DNA from: Eledone cirrhosa
Taxonomy: Eukaryota
Direction: 5' to 3'
NCBI GenBank assembly: GCA_964016885.1
Contig: OZ024743.1
Coordinates: 199,640,001-199,704,000 of the forward strand
DNA: 64,000 nt
Numbering within the stretch: the stretch's first letter is position 1; each line of letters opens with the position of its first letter. The notes under the pieces are model-generated. The model saw only the letters and a list, made by a program, of their open reading frames with translations, was not told the origin of the DNA and ran no database searches. This document shows positions 1 to 13,721 of this stretch, piece by piece. Position numbers and translations under genes: made by a program.

Positions 1-14
1 GAGCATCAGACAAA

Positions 15-200
15 TCCTGTGTGGCATTTGTTAAGGTGCTTTACATTCTGAGGTCAAATCCTGCCACAGTCAGCTATACATTTCAACCTTCTGAGATTGA
101 TAAAATAAAGTACCAGTCATGTATTGGTTTTGATGTAATCAACTTTCCTCACCCCCACAAATTGTTGGCCTTGTGCCCTAAATTAGAAATCATTATTATT
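15..200 (+). mobile_element. Degenerate copy of the abundant tRNA-derived SINE
   Basis: B-box-like ggtcaaatcc, then the family body (ataaaataaagtaccag ... ggccttgtgcc...tagaaa) and an (att)n tail shared with many copies in the window. Confidence 0.75.
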
Positions 201-2114
201 CTTAACATAATCGCCATCATGATCATTATCATCCTCATCATCACCCTCATCAGTTTAATAATTACTATTTATTTTGCTAACTTTCATTTTCATGACTATA
301 AACTTGTCGTTAGTTCCCCATATAACGTATAACATGACCAAACCAATTGTAAATTGACACAAGGCAAGATCTGTTTGTTATTTTTTTAGTTTTTGTTTGT
401 GTTCAATTGATAAATAATTGGTTGTGACCAGATTAAGATGGATTCCACAAATTATAAACTGTTATCTCCCACCCTCTGCAATTGTAATGTTTCAAGAGTG
501 AGAGATACAGTGACAGGGACAGCTGAAAGTCTAAGAGACGCTGTCTTGGAACAAGCTACCTTAGACCAATAGCTAAAATTGTGTAGTTTTTCTTCTTTTT
601 TTTTCAATTTAGTTTTTTAAATAAACTTTTTTTAAAAAAGTTTTTTTCCTATTTTTTTTTTTTTTTTTATAAAATGTAAAACATTTGAAAAATGATTGAT
701 TCTATAAAATAACATTGTTATAGAAAATTGTATCTTAAATTTTGTCTAAAAGACAATAAAAATTTAGGGGGAGAGAGATTTAGAGATTCTAAGCATCTTC
801 TTATCAGTGGTTCATTAACCATTCATAGAGTGGAGCAGTTTCATTTTAGTGATATCTTATAAGCAGTACACCCAGAAAAGTGAATTTCTTTATCCAAAGG
901 AAATCTTATGCCAAGGCTGCAAGGATTTTAATCCAAAGCATTGTAACTGAAACATATTATGTAGCTACTTACAATGCATTAATGCTTATATTTCTACTCT
1001 ATGTTATATATTTGTTTCTTTTTCTATGAAGAAGTTGATAAAGCCATTATCCTTGAAATCAAGAAATGGTATTCGACTATGGTTTACTGACCACCAGTTA
1101 AACGTCGAAGTGTTTGGAGCTCTTTCTTTCTTTTTTTTTTTTTTGTTTGTGTATTTGTTTCTCAAGAAAAAAAGTCCCCTTTGTAAAATAAAAAAAAACA
1201 AACAAAAAAACAAAGTTCATTTTGAAATTCTTAATTGGTTCACTAATTAATTATTAGATCACTTTATTTACTGATTTGACACTCTGCAATCTTTGCAAAA
1301 ATATCAATCAATATTAATTGCTAACAAGAAACATCTCCCTCCAAAATATAAAACTGACTAATCAATCACAAATATTGGAATACAAGAAAACTAACGACAT
1401 TCTTGAGGTACCAACATTTTTTTTTCCCTCTTTTGACAGCTGCAGTTCTTTTGGGGGACGAATGTTGTCCCCTTTTTACTGTAGAGCTAAATTTGGGGTT
1501 TCAATAAAAGAGAAAAAAAAAAGAGAAACTCTTTTTTGACCTCAGTCTTTTAAGAAGAAACTATGCATTTGTTATGTATGTTTTGCTTTTTTTTTTTTTT
1601 GTTCTGCTGTCTGAGTGTATATGTTCCTATTGTGAAAGGAGACTTGAACAATGACATTACTCCTTCTCCAAAATTTAACAGACTAACAACATTCTTTGAT
1701 GATGATGATGATGACGATGATGGTATTCATAATAATGATTTAGTCCACTGTTCTAAGGAACTTGTGATAAGAATCAAAATGAAAAATAATAAAAAAGACA
1801 CACACACACACACCAGAACAAAACATAATAACATTATTTTTAATTAAAGATTGGAAGTTATTGCAGGTATTTAATTAGCTGAATAAGAAATTTATTTGTT
1901 TTTGAAATAAAATATAAGTAATCATTTGGAGGCACCTTCATAAGATCTGTTTTTTTTAATAAAGAAGGAATATGAGATTTGTTAGTCTTTAAGAACATAG
2001 AGTTTGGCAATGTTTTCTTACACCCTACAGTTATGTGTGTGTGTGTGTGTGTATGTATGTGTGTGTGTGTATATATATCTATATATATATATATTCATAT
2101 ACATGTGTGTGTGA

Positions 2115-2295
2115 GTCTCGGGTTCAATCGAGGATAACCACAGTAATTAAGATACTCAATACATTAGTAGAATGTAAACATCAAATTTGATATAGGACTA
2201 GAATGTTTCATTCAAAAGAAATCATCAGGGCTTTCCTGATGATTTCCTTTGAAAGAAACAGTTCTAGTCCTGTAGTAGCCATTTCTATATAAAAT
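2115..2295. mobile_element. Fold-back remnant of an HHR-bearing PLE-type terminus
   Basis: Inverted arms 2191-2229 and 2235-2274; each reads CTGATGA-short hairpin-GAAAC...GTC on its own strand; a related degenerate copy is at about 8030-8072. Confidence 0.5.
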
Positions 2296-3309
2296 TTTAT
2301 ATATATATATATGTGTGTATATATATGGTTATTATTTAGTGTTATTTATTATAATTTCCATATTCTTACTCTTTGTTGATTGGAATTCTGTTGGAATCAT
2401 GTTTATAAACGAAAATAGCATGTCATTTGTTAGTAGTTGAAGGTAGCTGCTAACACACATACAGTCTCTCTCTCTCTCAGTATTTTTTGCAATGTATTAA
2501 ATCATTCCTTAGTACAGATAGTGCTGTATAATAGGTAATAGAAGTTTTCACATTACAAATTCTTTTTTAATGACACTACCAAGAAAGTAATTTGAAAAAA
2601 ATACACTGCAATGCATTACTAGGAAGTATTTAAATAGTCAATAGATAAATAAATAATTATTATAATATTGGTGGTGTTAATATCTTTAAATTATAACTAT
2701 ATTAACTCCTTTCAGTTAAGTTTTCAATGGGGGTGCTAAAATTTTAATGTAAATACAACTATAACTACACACAGAACGATTTCATCATGAAATTTCTCTA
2801 TCATCAGCAAAAAAATGGTGTCCTGGAAATGTTTGTACTCTTTTAAACTAGTGTGGTTTATATAGGAAGGGAGGGAGATTTAAGATATTTGCTGACCATA
2901 GTTTGAGTCGGTCACTTCAACCACTCGTGCTACTTTTCATATAGTTATTTCATTTTTTTTTTTTTCTCTTTGGAATAGGTTGTTTTGGTGAAAATGATAG
3001 ATAGATTTATATATTATATAGATAAATCTATCTATATGTATGTGTGCATGTATGCATACATGTGTTTCTGTGCATATATATATATATATAATATGCATGA
3101 AGAAAGAAATGTCTCAACCTGACTAGAATTGCTTTATTATTAGTAAAGTTTTATGTAGTAAAAATAAAAAAAACTGGTTAGGTTTTCTGGAAACATTAAA
3201 ATACAAAAAGTGGTTTGATATTATGGTGTAATTTAGGTTTGCTTCAGTGAAATGTTCCATTTGTACAGGATGGGTCAAGCTGCCTAAGTTATAAAAATGC
3301 ATATATAAG

Positions 3310-3344
<35 letters not shown>

Positions 3345-4423
3345 CTTCTTCTCCACAACCTTACACCAACAGGTTACTTATGAATGAAAGACAAAAAGAA
3401 TGAATGAATATATAGGCTGAGTTCTTAGGACAAATTGATTATCTGAAAAATAAAACTATTTATATTTTTATATATATACTTGACCTGTCTGTTAAATATT
3501 ATGTTTTTTTTTTTTTTTAATAAAAGATATTTGACTCTTCTCACCCCGATATATTTAATTTCTATGGGGAGAAAAAGAAACTCAACAAATATATATTCCA
3601 TTAAAAAGACAAAAAGAAAAAAAAAAAAAAAAAAAAAAAAGAAGCAACTAATTAGAATGAGAGATTAACTCTTCATTAGTAATTCCAATCATAAATAATT
3701 AGAATAATATTTTTTTTAAACGTTATTATATATATTTCATTTTATTTAATTAAAAATCTTTCTTATTTTTTTTTATTATTTTTTACTACATAATATCCGG
3801 GTTCCTTGTGAAAAAAAAATAAACACTAAAAAAAATGTTCTGAATGTTAAGTTAATTGTTCAGTTGAAGATCATATATTTTTTTTCTTTGGAGATTTTAG
3901 AAAACAAGACTAAACTAACTCCAATATTATTAAGGATATTCCGTTGAATTTATTTTCCCAAAGAAAGTGAGGTGAGGTTTATCTGTTGGAGAGTTCATGA
4001 TTTTTTTTTTTTTTTTTTTTTTTTAATTTCAGTTGGATTTATTCCTCCCATTTTTTTTTTTATTTTTTTTTATTTTTTTTTTTTTTATCTGACTAAGAAC
4101 TGCACACAAAAGATGGAGTTCAGGCAAAGAATAATAATAAACACAGTATTTTCTAGTTTTTTTTTTTTTTTTTTTTTTTTGACAGTGCACAAAGTAACTC
4201 TTTAGCACTAAATTCACCTATAAAACTTTTCCAATTTACCAAAAAAAAAAACAACAACAAAGCAAAAAAAAAAAGTAACAAGACAACAAGAATTAAACAA
4301 AAGACTCATCAAAATCTCAGACAAAAACCTTAATAAAGATGTTTCTCTGTTTTTTTTATTATTACTTTCTTTTTATTTATTTTATACATCTTTTAATACT
4401 TGTGTATTTATGTACATGAATAT

Positions 4424-4757
4424 ATATATATAGAACAAGAAAATGCAAAGTAGTTGCAGATGTCCCTTATTGATAAGGCTGTGATACATATTTTAATGAC
4501 GACAGTGGCCACGTGATTCCGCCTAACCAGTGCTTTGATCTTATCAGACAGCTTGTTACATAATAAGGTTACGTTCTTGAGGCAATCCAAATTAAAACGA
4601 GAACATAACCTTATTCTGTAAGAAGCTGTCTGATGGGGTCATGGCACTGGGTAGGCGGAATCACGTGGCAACTGTCATCATTGAAATATGTATCACAACC
4701 TTATCAATAAAGGACTTGAATATATGCAACTGCTTCGCATTTTCTTATTCTAAATAT
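4424..4757. mobile_element. Old palindromic PLE-type terminal remnant, arms about 150 bp
   Basis: 4424-4580 is an imperfect reverse complement of about 4600-4757; each arm holds a degenerate HHR. Confidence 0.65.
4625..4699 (+). ncRNA. Degenerate type I hammerhead ribozyme (mirror copy 4478-4552 on -)
   Basis: + arm: gctgt CTGATGG...GAAA tatgta TC acaac; - arm: gctgt CTGATAA...AAAA tatgta TC acagc. Combining the arms restores CTGATGA, GAAA and stem I gctgt/acagc. Confidence 0.5.
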
Positions 4758-5684
4758 GCTCCGTTATTCCTATGTGGAAAAAGTACGTATAGTACTTGAA
4801 TTGCATCAATATTTACCGTAAGCATATATTATACACATATATACATATGTGTCTGCGTGTTTGTATGTCTCTCATTTTTCCAACATGCTTGAAATGATGA
4901 AGTGATTCTCAAATGTAATTGGAAATAAGACACGGTGTGCGGAGGGTATTTCCAGGTCTTTGAACACAAAACCTACTGATGTTTCTACACAAACATTTTT
5001 ACAAGATAACAAAACAATAAGAGTTTTATTTAAAATTCCATATAAAAAAATTGTCAAAATAAACAAAAATATATTGAAGAACTCAGCTTGTTTTCTTTGT
5101 GGCTTAATATTGGGAAGGCAATGACTTAGCACAATGATATTATAAAGGCTAAAATCTAGTATTAGTTTTAATAATTTTCACAAAAATATTTAAATAATTT
5201 AATAATGAACCAACAAAGGAGCATCTAATTGACCCCCGTGTTTGCTCAGGGCAGCACTATTAACTAAGCAACCAAGGTTTTTATTTTTTTTACTCTTTTG
5301 ATAACAACCCACCAAAAACCACTTCTTGTTTTATGATGAAACAAAATCACCCATTTTAAAGGATTCCTGTTAAAATAAAAATATTCCAACATAATTTAAT
5401 ATAAGAATATTTTGTTATCTTACACATACCATCTTGATATTGAAATAATGATTTTAGTAAATTAATCCAAATTCTTTATTAATCAATTCAAATAGTATTT
5501 TATTTGAAATATGGAAATAAAAAAGGCAAGCAGGGTTTATTCTCGCAGAGGTAATAATTCCTTGAGGTCTTGCTTTAAGGCTGGTTGTCTTTTGTAAGAC
5601 CGAGACTTTTAGTCACATATGGACATGGTGCATCTCTTCAAAAACCAGTAGTAATTCATCTCTCTTAGATTACGAATAGTTTCA

Positions 5685-5822
5685 AATTTGGTGGGGGAGG
5701 GGAAGTTGATTACATCGATCTCAATACTTAATGAAAGGTAAAGTTGACCTCGGCAGGAACTGAACTCAAAATCTGAAGAACCAGAATAAATACAACAAAG
5801 CTTTTATCCGATGCTCTGACGA
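5685..5822 (-). mobile_element. Degenerate tRNA-SINE copy
   Basis: tgaaaggtaaagttgacctcggcaggaactgaactca is the reverse complement of the SINE B-box and body. Confidence 0.6.
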
Positions 5823-7235
5823 TTAGTATTAATCAAACTGCAATTAAATAACTAATGATAAATTAAATTTTTCATTATCTATCCTAGACATAAAATCATT
5901 TATTTTAGGCTGTTTCATTTTATAACAATTAAAATATTTTTTCTTAAATATTTCGTATACATTATGCAAAAAATTCTTTGAAACTTAAATACATCTCAGT
6001 GCAAGATAAAAATATTAATGTGCAGATTTAGGCATGGTTGTATGGTAAAATTCATGTTATAATCACGTGGTTCTTTGTTAATTCCACTGTGCTACACGGG
6101 CAAGTGTCCCCGGTATGAATAATGATTTTGAGGTCATATTTGCTGCATGAGAACTGCAGAAGCCAGTCATATATGTGCTTGCGTAAATCAGTGTATTGAA
6201 TGCATCACATCACGACAAAAGGTAATCATTAGCTAGTCGAGAGATAGTGACAAAGGTTCATATTTAAAAAACGAAGAGCACCCAATATGAGGAAACAAAA
6301 AGGAAATGAAAGTAGCTGGTCATTAATCTGGACGAAGGAAACTATTACAATATGTTTTCATTGCTAATACTACCTGGCGGTCGCAAATTCTGGCAGAAGA
6401 AGGAGGATTTAACTCAGAATGAAAAAATCCCGATCAAACACCTCAGAGCATCCCTTCTAATACTTTAATCATTACTCAAATCCACCGCCGCCTGGATGGC
6501 ACTTTATTTATCGACACGGAAAAATTTCTCGTCGGAATTTAAAGTCGGAGTGCAGAGAGCTGGAGCAAACAGCAAAGTGACACTATCACAACATTGAGAA
6601 TTCACCGAAAAATAAACAAAATATATGAAGATAATGTTAAGAATGTCGAATATAGTTTTAAATTAACTATATTATTTTCATTCCAGTATCCTTGTCAAAA
6701 TATGTTGCTATTAGTTTCAAAGAGACACAACGAAAGGTCACAAGAAACTTCCTCAGCCCTTATCTTCAAACATGCGGCCTTCACAGATGACATTTCAGCC
6801 AGGATGTCTCTTAGAAATTAATACTAACATGTTTTGACAAATATCTCATAACCAATACACACATATATATATATATTGGGCCATCAAGTATGAAATTTGT
6901 AGAAGAGAAAACAACAAATTTCTACAAATTCCATACTTGACGACCCAATACCCCCCCCCCATATATATATATATGTGGGTCTTTCATTACTACCACAGAG
7001 GACAGACGAGCCACTGATTACATAGTCGAGCTAGATCGACACAGATCGAAACTTGAGCTGATCAATAGAGAAACGCGCGTCACCAACCAATAAACGTAAT
7101 GAAGGAGTAACCACTCGTCCTTTTTTTATTTCATTATACTACACTCGATACCGATGTGAACCTAAACGTCGAGTGCTCATCCGGGTGAACTTACAGCAAC
7201 TCCGCATTACACTCCCTGGATATATATATATATAT

Positions 7236-7970
7236 AATAGGATATGTGTTCCTACACGCACAAGGCGATAAGGGACACATGTATTGTCCAACCATATGCC
7301 AATGTGGTTCAATGGCAGGTTAATAAATTAACGAGCCAGAACATATATAATCAAGGTTTAGCAAATAAGATAAAGTTTCAAAATAAATTTTTAAAAATTA
7401 ACTGTACTTACTATGGTTACCTTTACCGAGTCGGTTTCGATTCTCAAAAATAAGCGGAGTCCATACGGCCTTCGTTGCAAAGAAAGAATCTCGTCAGAAG
7501 GATCTTTTCATTCGGAGAATATAAAATTCTTGAATTCAAATTACGAACTGGCGCTATTCAAAATTGTTCCCGAGATGAGAGTAAATGAAGTGGAATCAAT
7601 TTTTTCAAGGGCCGAGTGTAAAGATAAAGGCAGAGGCAGAGAGGTCAGATGGCTACTGCTATAACTAGCAGCAGTCAGAACGACCAAATTTTTCTCAACA
7701 TAGAGGAGTATAGTAATAATAGGATATGTGTTCCTACACGCACAAGGCGCTAAGGGACACATGTATTGTCCAACCATATGCCAATGTGGTTCAATGACAG
7801 GTTAATAAATTAACGAGCCAGAACATATATAATCAAGGTTTAGCTAATAAGATAAAGTTTCAAAATAAATTTTAAGAAATTAACTGCTAAAATTAACCAT
7901 AATAAGTACAGTTAATTTTTTAAAATTTATTTTGAAACTTTATCTTATTTGCTAAACCTTGATTATATAT
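7236..7970 (-). mobile_element. ORF-less HHR retroelement (retrozyme-like or non-autonomous PLE), 482-nt monomer with 5' inverted arm
   Basis: Direct repeats 7236-7404 and 7718-7886 (offset 482), one HHR between them, inverted arm 7894-7970, (TA)n on both sides. Confidence 0.8.
7420..7501 (-). ncRNA. Type I hammerhead ribozyme
   Basis: - strand: cctt CTGACGA gattct-(40 nt)-agaatc GAAA ccg act cgg TA aagg; stems I, II and III all pair; GUA cleavage triplet. Confidence 0.85.
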
Positions 7971-8082
7971 ATATATATATGTGTGTGTGTGTGAGTGTGT
8001 ATAGTGTTGTATATTATGAATATATCACCATGAATGATTTCATGCGAATGAAACTGTTTTAGTCCTGTAGACGTCATTTATA

Positions 8083-8405
8083 CGAGGTTTGTCCCAAAAG
8101 TAAAGGTACTGATATTTTTTATTAACTGTATATTAAAGATTTAAATGTTTCGATGGTAGATATTTTGAGTTTCACACAAAATTTGATCGCGTACCGTTGT
8201 TCGATATTTTCCTGCATCGCAAAGGTAACATAACACGTAAGATAACGTATAAACATCAATAACTCACGACTGATTCAATTGATCATGTTGATAGGAGTAT
8301 GTACGTGCAGCCAAGGTTATAACACGCCTATATAAATCAATGAGGTGTTTCGCCACCATGCCGTACATAGGACAATCAGTACTTTTACTTTTGCGACAAA
8401 CCTCG
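8083..8405. mobile_element. Tc1/mariner-type MITE, 323 bp
   Basis: About 31-bp TIRs cgaggtttgtcccaaaagtaaaggtactgat / atcagtacttttacttttgcgacaaacctcg, TA on both flanks, no ORF. Confidence 0.85.
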
Positions 8406-8475
8406 TATATATGTATTATATATATATATATATACATTATATTATATTTTATTATATTATATTATATTTTATCGT

Positions 8476-8592
8476 CTGAGTTCAAATCCCGCCAAGGTAA
8501 ACTTTGCCTTTCATCCTTACGGGGTCGATAAAATAAAGTACCAGTAATGCACTGGATAATTGCTGGTCTTGTGCCAAAAGTAGAAACAATTA
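8476..8592 (+). mobile_element. 5'-truncated tRNA-SINE
   Basis: ctgagttcaaatccc...ccttacggggtcgataaaataaagtaccag...gtgccaaaagtagaaacaatt. Confidence 0.85.
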
Positions 8593-8606
8593 TATTATAT
8601 TATATT

Positions 8607-8784
8607 TGGCAGTATCGGTAGAGAGTTGGACACCATGCTTTCTAGCATAGTTACGTCCCTTTACGGTTTGAGTTCAAATCCTGTCGAGGTTAACTTTGTC
8701 TTCAATCCTTACGGGGTCGATAAAATAAAGTACCAGTAATGTACTGGGTAATTGCTGGCCTTGTGCCAAAAGTAGAAACAATTA
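8607..8784 (+). mobile_element. tRNA-SINE
   Basis: A-box tggcagtatcggtag, B-box gagttcaaatcc, conserved body and tail. Confidence 0.85.
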
Positions 8785-8980
8785 TATTATATTATATATA
8801 TATATATATAATATTTATATAATATATAATATGTATATAATATATATATATAGGAAGTCGGGTCTTCTGTATTACTGCGTGACGCCAGAGGTCACGCTCC
8901 TGTGTCATCACCTATACATATTATATACATATGATATATATATATATATAATATACATATTATATATTTATATATACATA

Positions 8981-9013
<33 letters not shown>

Positions 9014-9089
9014 ATATGTATATTATGCATGTATATATATATAATATGTATATTATATATATATATATATATATCATATGTATATAATA

Positions 9090-9368
9090 TGTATAGGCGA
9101 TGACACAGGACCGTGACCTCTAGCGTCACGCAGTAGACCCGACCCACGGGAACAAGCCGACGCTGAAGCATATAAACAATATGTCCCCATCCCCTCCCAC
9201 TGCAAAGTGGTCGTGGAGGTCTCACAACAAAGATCCCCCGGCCCACTCTGTAAAGTGGACGTGTAGGCACCTCGGAAAGAAAGCACCCAGCACTGGAATT
9301 GCCCACAGCAGGACAGCCCGTCTAACCCATGCTAGCTTGGAAGAATGGACGTAAAACGGTGATGATGA
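9090..9368 (+). mobile_element. SINE-like element with an RTE-type 3' end and (GAT)n tail
   Basis: Ends ctaacccatgctagcttggaagaatggacgtaaaacggtgatgatgat; a similar end occurs at about 53290-53340. Confidence 0.45.
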
Positions 9369-9407
9369 TATATATATATAGAATATGTGTATATGTATAT
9401 ATATATA

Positions 9408-9449
<42 letters not shown>

Positions 9450-9477
9450 GTATAAAATATATATATAATATATATAT

Positions 9478-9641
9478 AATTGTTTCTACTTTTGGCACAA
9501 GGCCAGCAAACTGGTACTTTATTTTATCGACCCTGTAAAAGTTAACCTCGGCGAGATTTGAACTCAGAATAGCAAGGGCCGTAACTCTATACGTCAAAGC
9601 ATGGAGTCCGATCCCCTACCGATACTACCAATCCACCGCCT
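9478..9641 (-). mobile_element. tRNA-SINE, internally deleted
   Basis: Reverse complement of the family consensus, ending ccgatactaccaatccaccgcc. Confidence 0.85.
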
Positions 9642-9685
9642 TCTATATATATATATTCATATTATATATATATTATATATATATA

Positions 9686-10888
<1,203 letters not shown>

Positions 10889-11004
10889 TTATATAATATG
10901 TATACATATTATATAATATATATAATATGTATACAATATATATATGTAATATGTATATAATATATATATAATATATAGAATCATTCGGTTTCCTAGTTAG
11001 AATT

Positions 11005-11345
11005 TTAGTCTACGACTTCAGTTATACCATTTACGTGGTTTTGTCTTTGCATGCATTTGTTCTCCCCACTCCACATATGACGTATTATCTTCATTGTTTC
11101 CGTTCATTGCCAGAGAACGTCTCTATGAACCACCTAATAAAATATTAGTCTACGACTTCTTTTATACCATAAACGTGGTTTTGTCTTTGCGTGTAATTGT
11201 TTTTCACAGCTCTAAATAATGACGTATTATATTCGTTTTTTCCCGTTCTTTGCCAGGGAAAGTTTCCACAAACCAAAGTATCGTCTTCCTGTCTTCCTCC
11301 GGTTGCAACGTTTTTTGAAATATTCACTTCTGCGTTCACAGATTG
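11005..11345. repeat. Two tandem diverged copies of a segment also found inside the adjacent Helitron (about 10470-10672)
   Basis: tagtctacgacttc...ataccat...tgtctttgc recurs at about 10471, 11007 and 11146. Confidence 0.7.
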
Positions 11346-11510
11346 ACTTTGTTAGTTTCAGAAGATCCCGTTAAGGGTGAAAGCAGCGATTCTTTGCTTA
11401 AACTTTAATCTGTTATTTTAATAAATATTTGCTCTACGGTTCTTATATATTTGATATATATTTATCCTTATCGACCCTCTTTGGATTTTAGTCTTCAAAT
11501 TTATTATTAT

Positions 11511-11582
<72 letters not shown>

Positions 11583-11588
<6 letters not shown>

Positions 11589-11880
11589 AAATAAAGTTAA
11601 ATAAAAGTCAAATGATATTACTGCTATATATATTTCAGTGACAGCCATCTTTGGCTAATTCAAACTGCCTACTAATTCAAACTGCCTGAAGAGGTCACAG
11701 CCAAAGATGGCTGTCACTGAAATATATATAGCAGTAATAAACGAAGCTAAATTTTAATCATTTGACTTTTATTTAACTTTATTTTACACTACTCCGGAGT
11801 AACCAAACCAACCTGCGCACTTCGTCGAGTGCTCCAGCCTGCATACTAAGGTGTTGGTATACAACCAACATAAACTCAAT
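11583..11880 (+). mobile_element. Short HHR-bearing PLE-type 3' terminus with 5' inverted arm
   Basis: 11583-11656 is the reverse complement of about 11699-11786; junction duplication ctaattcaaactgcct; (TA)n on both sides. Confidence 0.75.
11681..11735 (+). ncRNA. Minimal type I hammerhead ribozyme
   Basis: actgc CTGAAGA ggtcacagcca-aaga-tggctgtcact GAAA tatata TA gcagt; palindromic stem III region. Confidence 0.85.
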
Positions 11881-11900
11881 ATATATATATATATATATAT

Positions 11901-12086
11901 AACGAAGGAAATGTGGTAAAGAACCAGGTGGACCATAACGCACCAAAGTACTCAATACTTAGGGTAGTAAAGTGGGTAATAGGAACGAGTAGGACCCCGA
12001 CGGCTGAGCTCAAGCCGTTTCGACGGCTAATTCTGGACTAGTCGAAACGGCTTGAGCTCAGCCGTCGGGGTCCTACTCGTTCCTAT
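11901..12086 (-). mobile_element. PLE-type terminal fragment folded back at HHR stem II
   Basis: GAAA cggct-tgagctc-agccg TC ggggtcc is the 3' half of an HHR; the CTGANGA half is replaced by an inverted arm; same family at 37290-37495, 42250-42345 and 42435-42605. Confidence 0.65.
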
Positions 12087-12139
12087 ATATATATATATAT
12101 ATATAGAAGTGGTTACATAACAGTTAGTTCACCATACCG

Positions 12140-13495
12140 TTTGACATTGTCGATTTTTACCCGTCGATCTCAGAGACCCTATTAAACAAAGCGTTGGACT
12201 TCGCTACCACTTATATCACCCTCGATGGTTCAGACAGGGAAATCATCGCTCACTGCCGGAAAACCCTTCTCTTCAAAGACGGAGTAGCCTGGGCAAAGAA
12301 GTCTACATCTTCAGACGTCTTTAAACGTCTCCATGGGATCGTTTGACAGTGCTGACGTATGTGACTTGGTTGGCCTTTTTATCTTAGACATATTACGTGT
12401 TAGATTCCCGGACTTCCACACGGGAATATACCGTGACGATGGACTGACTTTATCGAGCCATAAAAGTGGTCACGACCTCGACCTGTTTAAAAAAGACTTA
12501 GCTTCTACCTTCAATGAGTTAGGCCTTAGGATAACAGTAGCCACCAACCTCTCTAGCGTAGATTTCTTAGACATTAATTTAAACCTTCGCACACCCACCC
12601 ACAGACCCTTCCATAAGCTAAACGAGAAACTTAATTATATTCACAAAGACTCATGCCACCCTCCCACTGTTTTTAGCAACTTCGTTACGAATATCAGTAC
12701 TAGAATCTCAAACCTCTCCTCTAATAAGGCTTTCTTTGACAGGGCGGCACCCTACTATAACACGGCGTTGGCTAACAGCGGCTTCTCACAACCTATCACC
12801 TACTCTCCCACTAGCAACAACACCATTAAGAAAAGTAAGCGCAACAATAGACAAACTATCTGGTTCTCTCCTCCCTGCTCACTCAACGTTAAAACCAATG
12901 TAGGAAAAAAATTTCTAGCCCTCTTAGATAGACACTTCCCCATAGGTCATAAATACCGCTCCATCTTTAACCGACACAAAGTTAAACTAGGATACTCCTG
13001 CGCTAAGAACATTAAGGCCCACATCACCAGCAGCCCTAGGAGAAACACCCCACCAGGGTGCTCTTGCCGTAAGCCTGAAACTTGCCTCCTTCAACAGCAA
13101 TGCAACACACCAGCTTTAATCTATGAAGCTGTGGTCACTTCCAACCGACCAAACGAACCACAGGAGGTAAAATCCTATGTGGGCATGGCGGAGGGCCGAT
13201 TCAAGGAGCGTTTCCTGAACCACCAATCTACCTTCAGATACCCGGACAGACGTTCATCCACGAAACTCCCGAGCCAAGTATGGTCCCTCAAGGACTCAAG
13301 TATAGGCTACTCCATCCAATGGAAAGCCATCACTAAGTCCAAGCCATATGCATGGGGGAAATCCGACGTGTGGCTTATGTATTGACGAACGAATAGATTA
13401 CGCAATAGTGATTGCCTAAACACGAGAAGTGAATTTTTCACACGTTGTCCACACGTCACCAAACATCTATTGCATAACTACAAGGCTCCGGACTG
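12140..13495 (+). pseudogene. PLE reverse transcriptase-GIY-YIG endonuclease, truncated and frameshifted
   Basis: FDIVDFYPSI at 12140; frameshift to MGSFDSADVCDLVGL, YRDDG, CSCR..CLL..C, LIYEA, YVGMAEGRFKER; shifted tail CGLCIDE and LNTRSEFFTRCPH. Confidence 0.92.
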
Positions 13496-13681
13496 ATTCT
13501 TTGTAATTTTATTTTTAATTTTATTTTAATTTTATTTTCAACCTAAAAACTTTCCTGACTTTCGGAGTTATCTTCCTTACACCTCTCGCACGCAGTCTAG
13601 TATTGCCTGTGTGAAGTGACCGAGTTTCTGCGCATGCGCGTTCGTACGGTTGTCCTTCCTGTTCTTATAACCATGCACATC

Positions 13682-13721
13682 CCGAGCTGAAGATCCGCTA
13701 AGGTGAAACAATTATTCTCGG
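13682..13721 (+). ncRNA. Minimal type I hammerhead ribozyme in PLE 3' terminus
   Basis: ccgag CTGAAGA tcc-gctaa-ggt GAAA caatta TT ctcgg; stem III palindrome CAATTG has one change; stem II is weak. Confidence 0.7.

Noticed and set aside
200-4400. AT-rich region with long A and T runs and few transposons, possibly a host 3' UTR or intron
   Set aside because: No recognisable exon, splice pattern or conserved ORF; cannot be supported from sequence alone
7010-7085. GAAACGCGCGTC, typical of minimal PLE hammerheads
   Set aside because: Upstream core is degenerate (CTGATCA or CTGATTA) with no usable stem II or stem I; at most a fossil
11359-11400. CAGAAGA tccc-gttaa-gggt GAAA resembling the 13.7-kb HHR
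   Set aside because: Core has U4 changed to A and stems I and III cannot be paired
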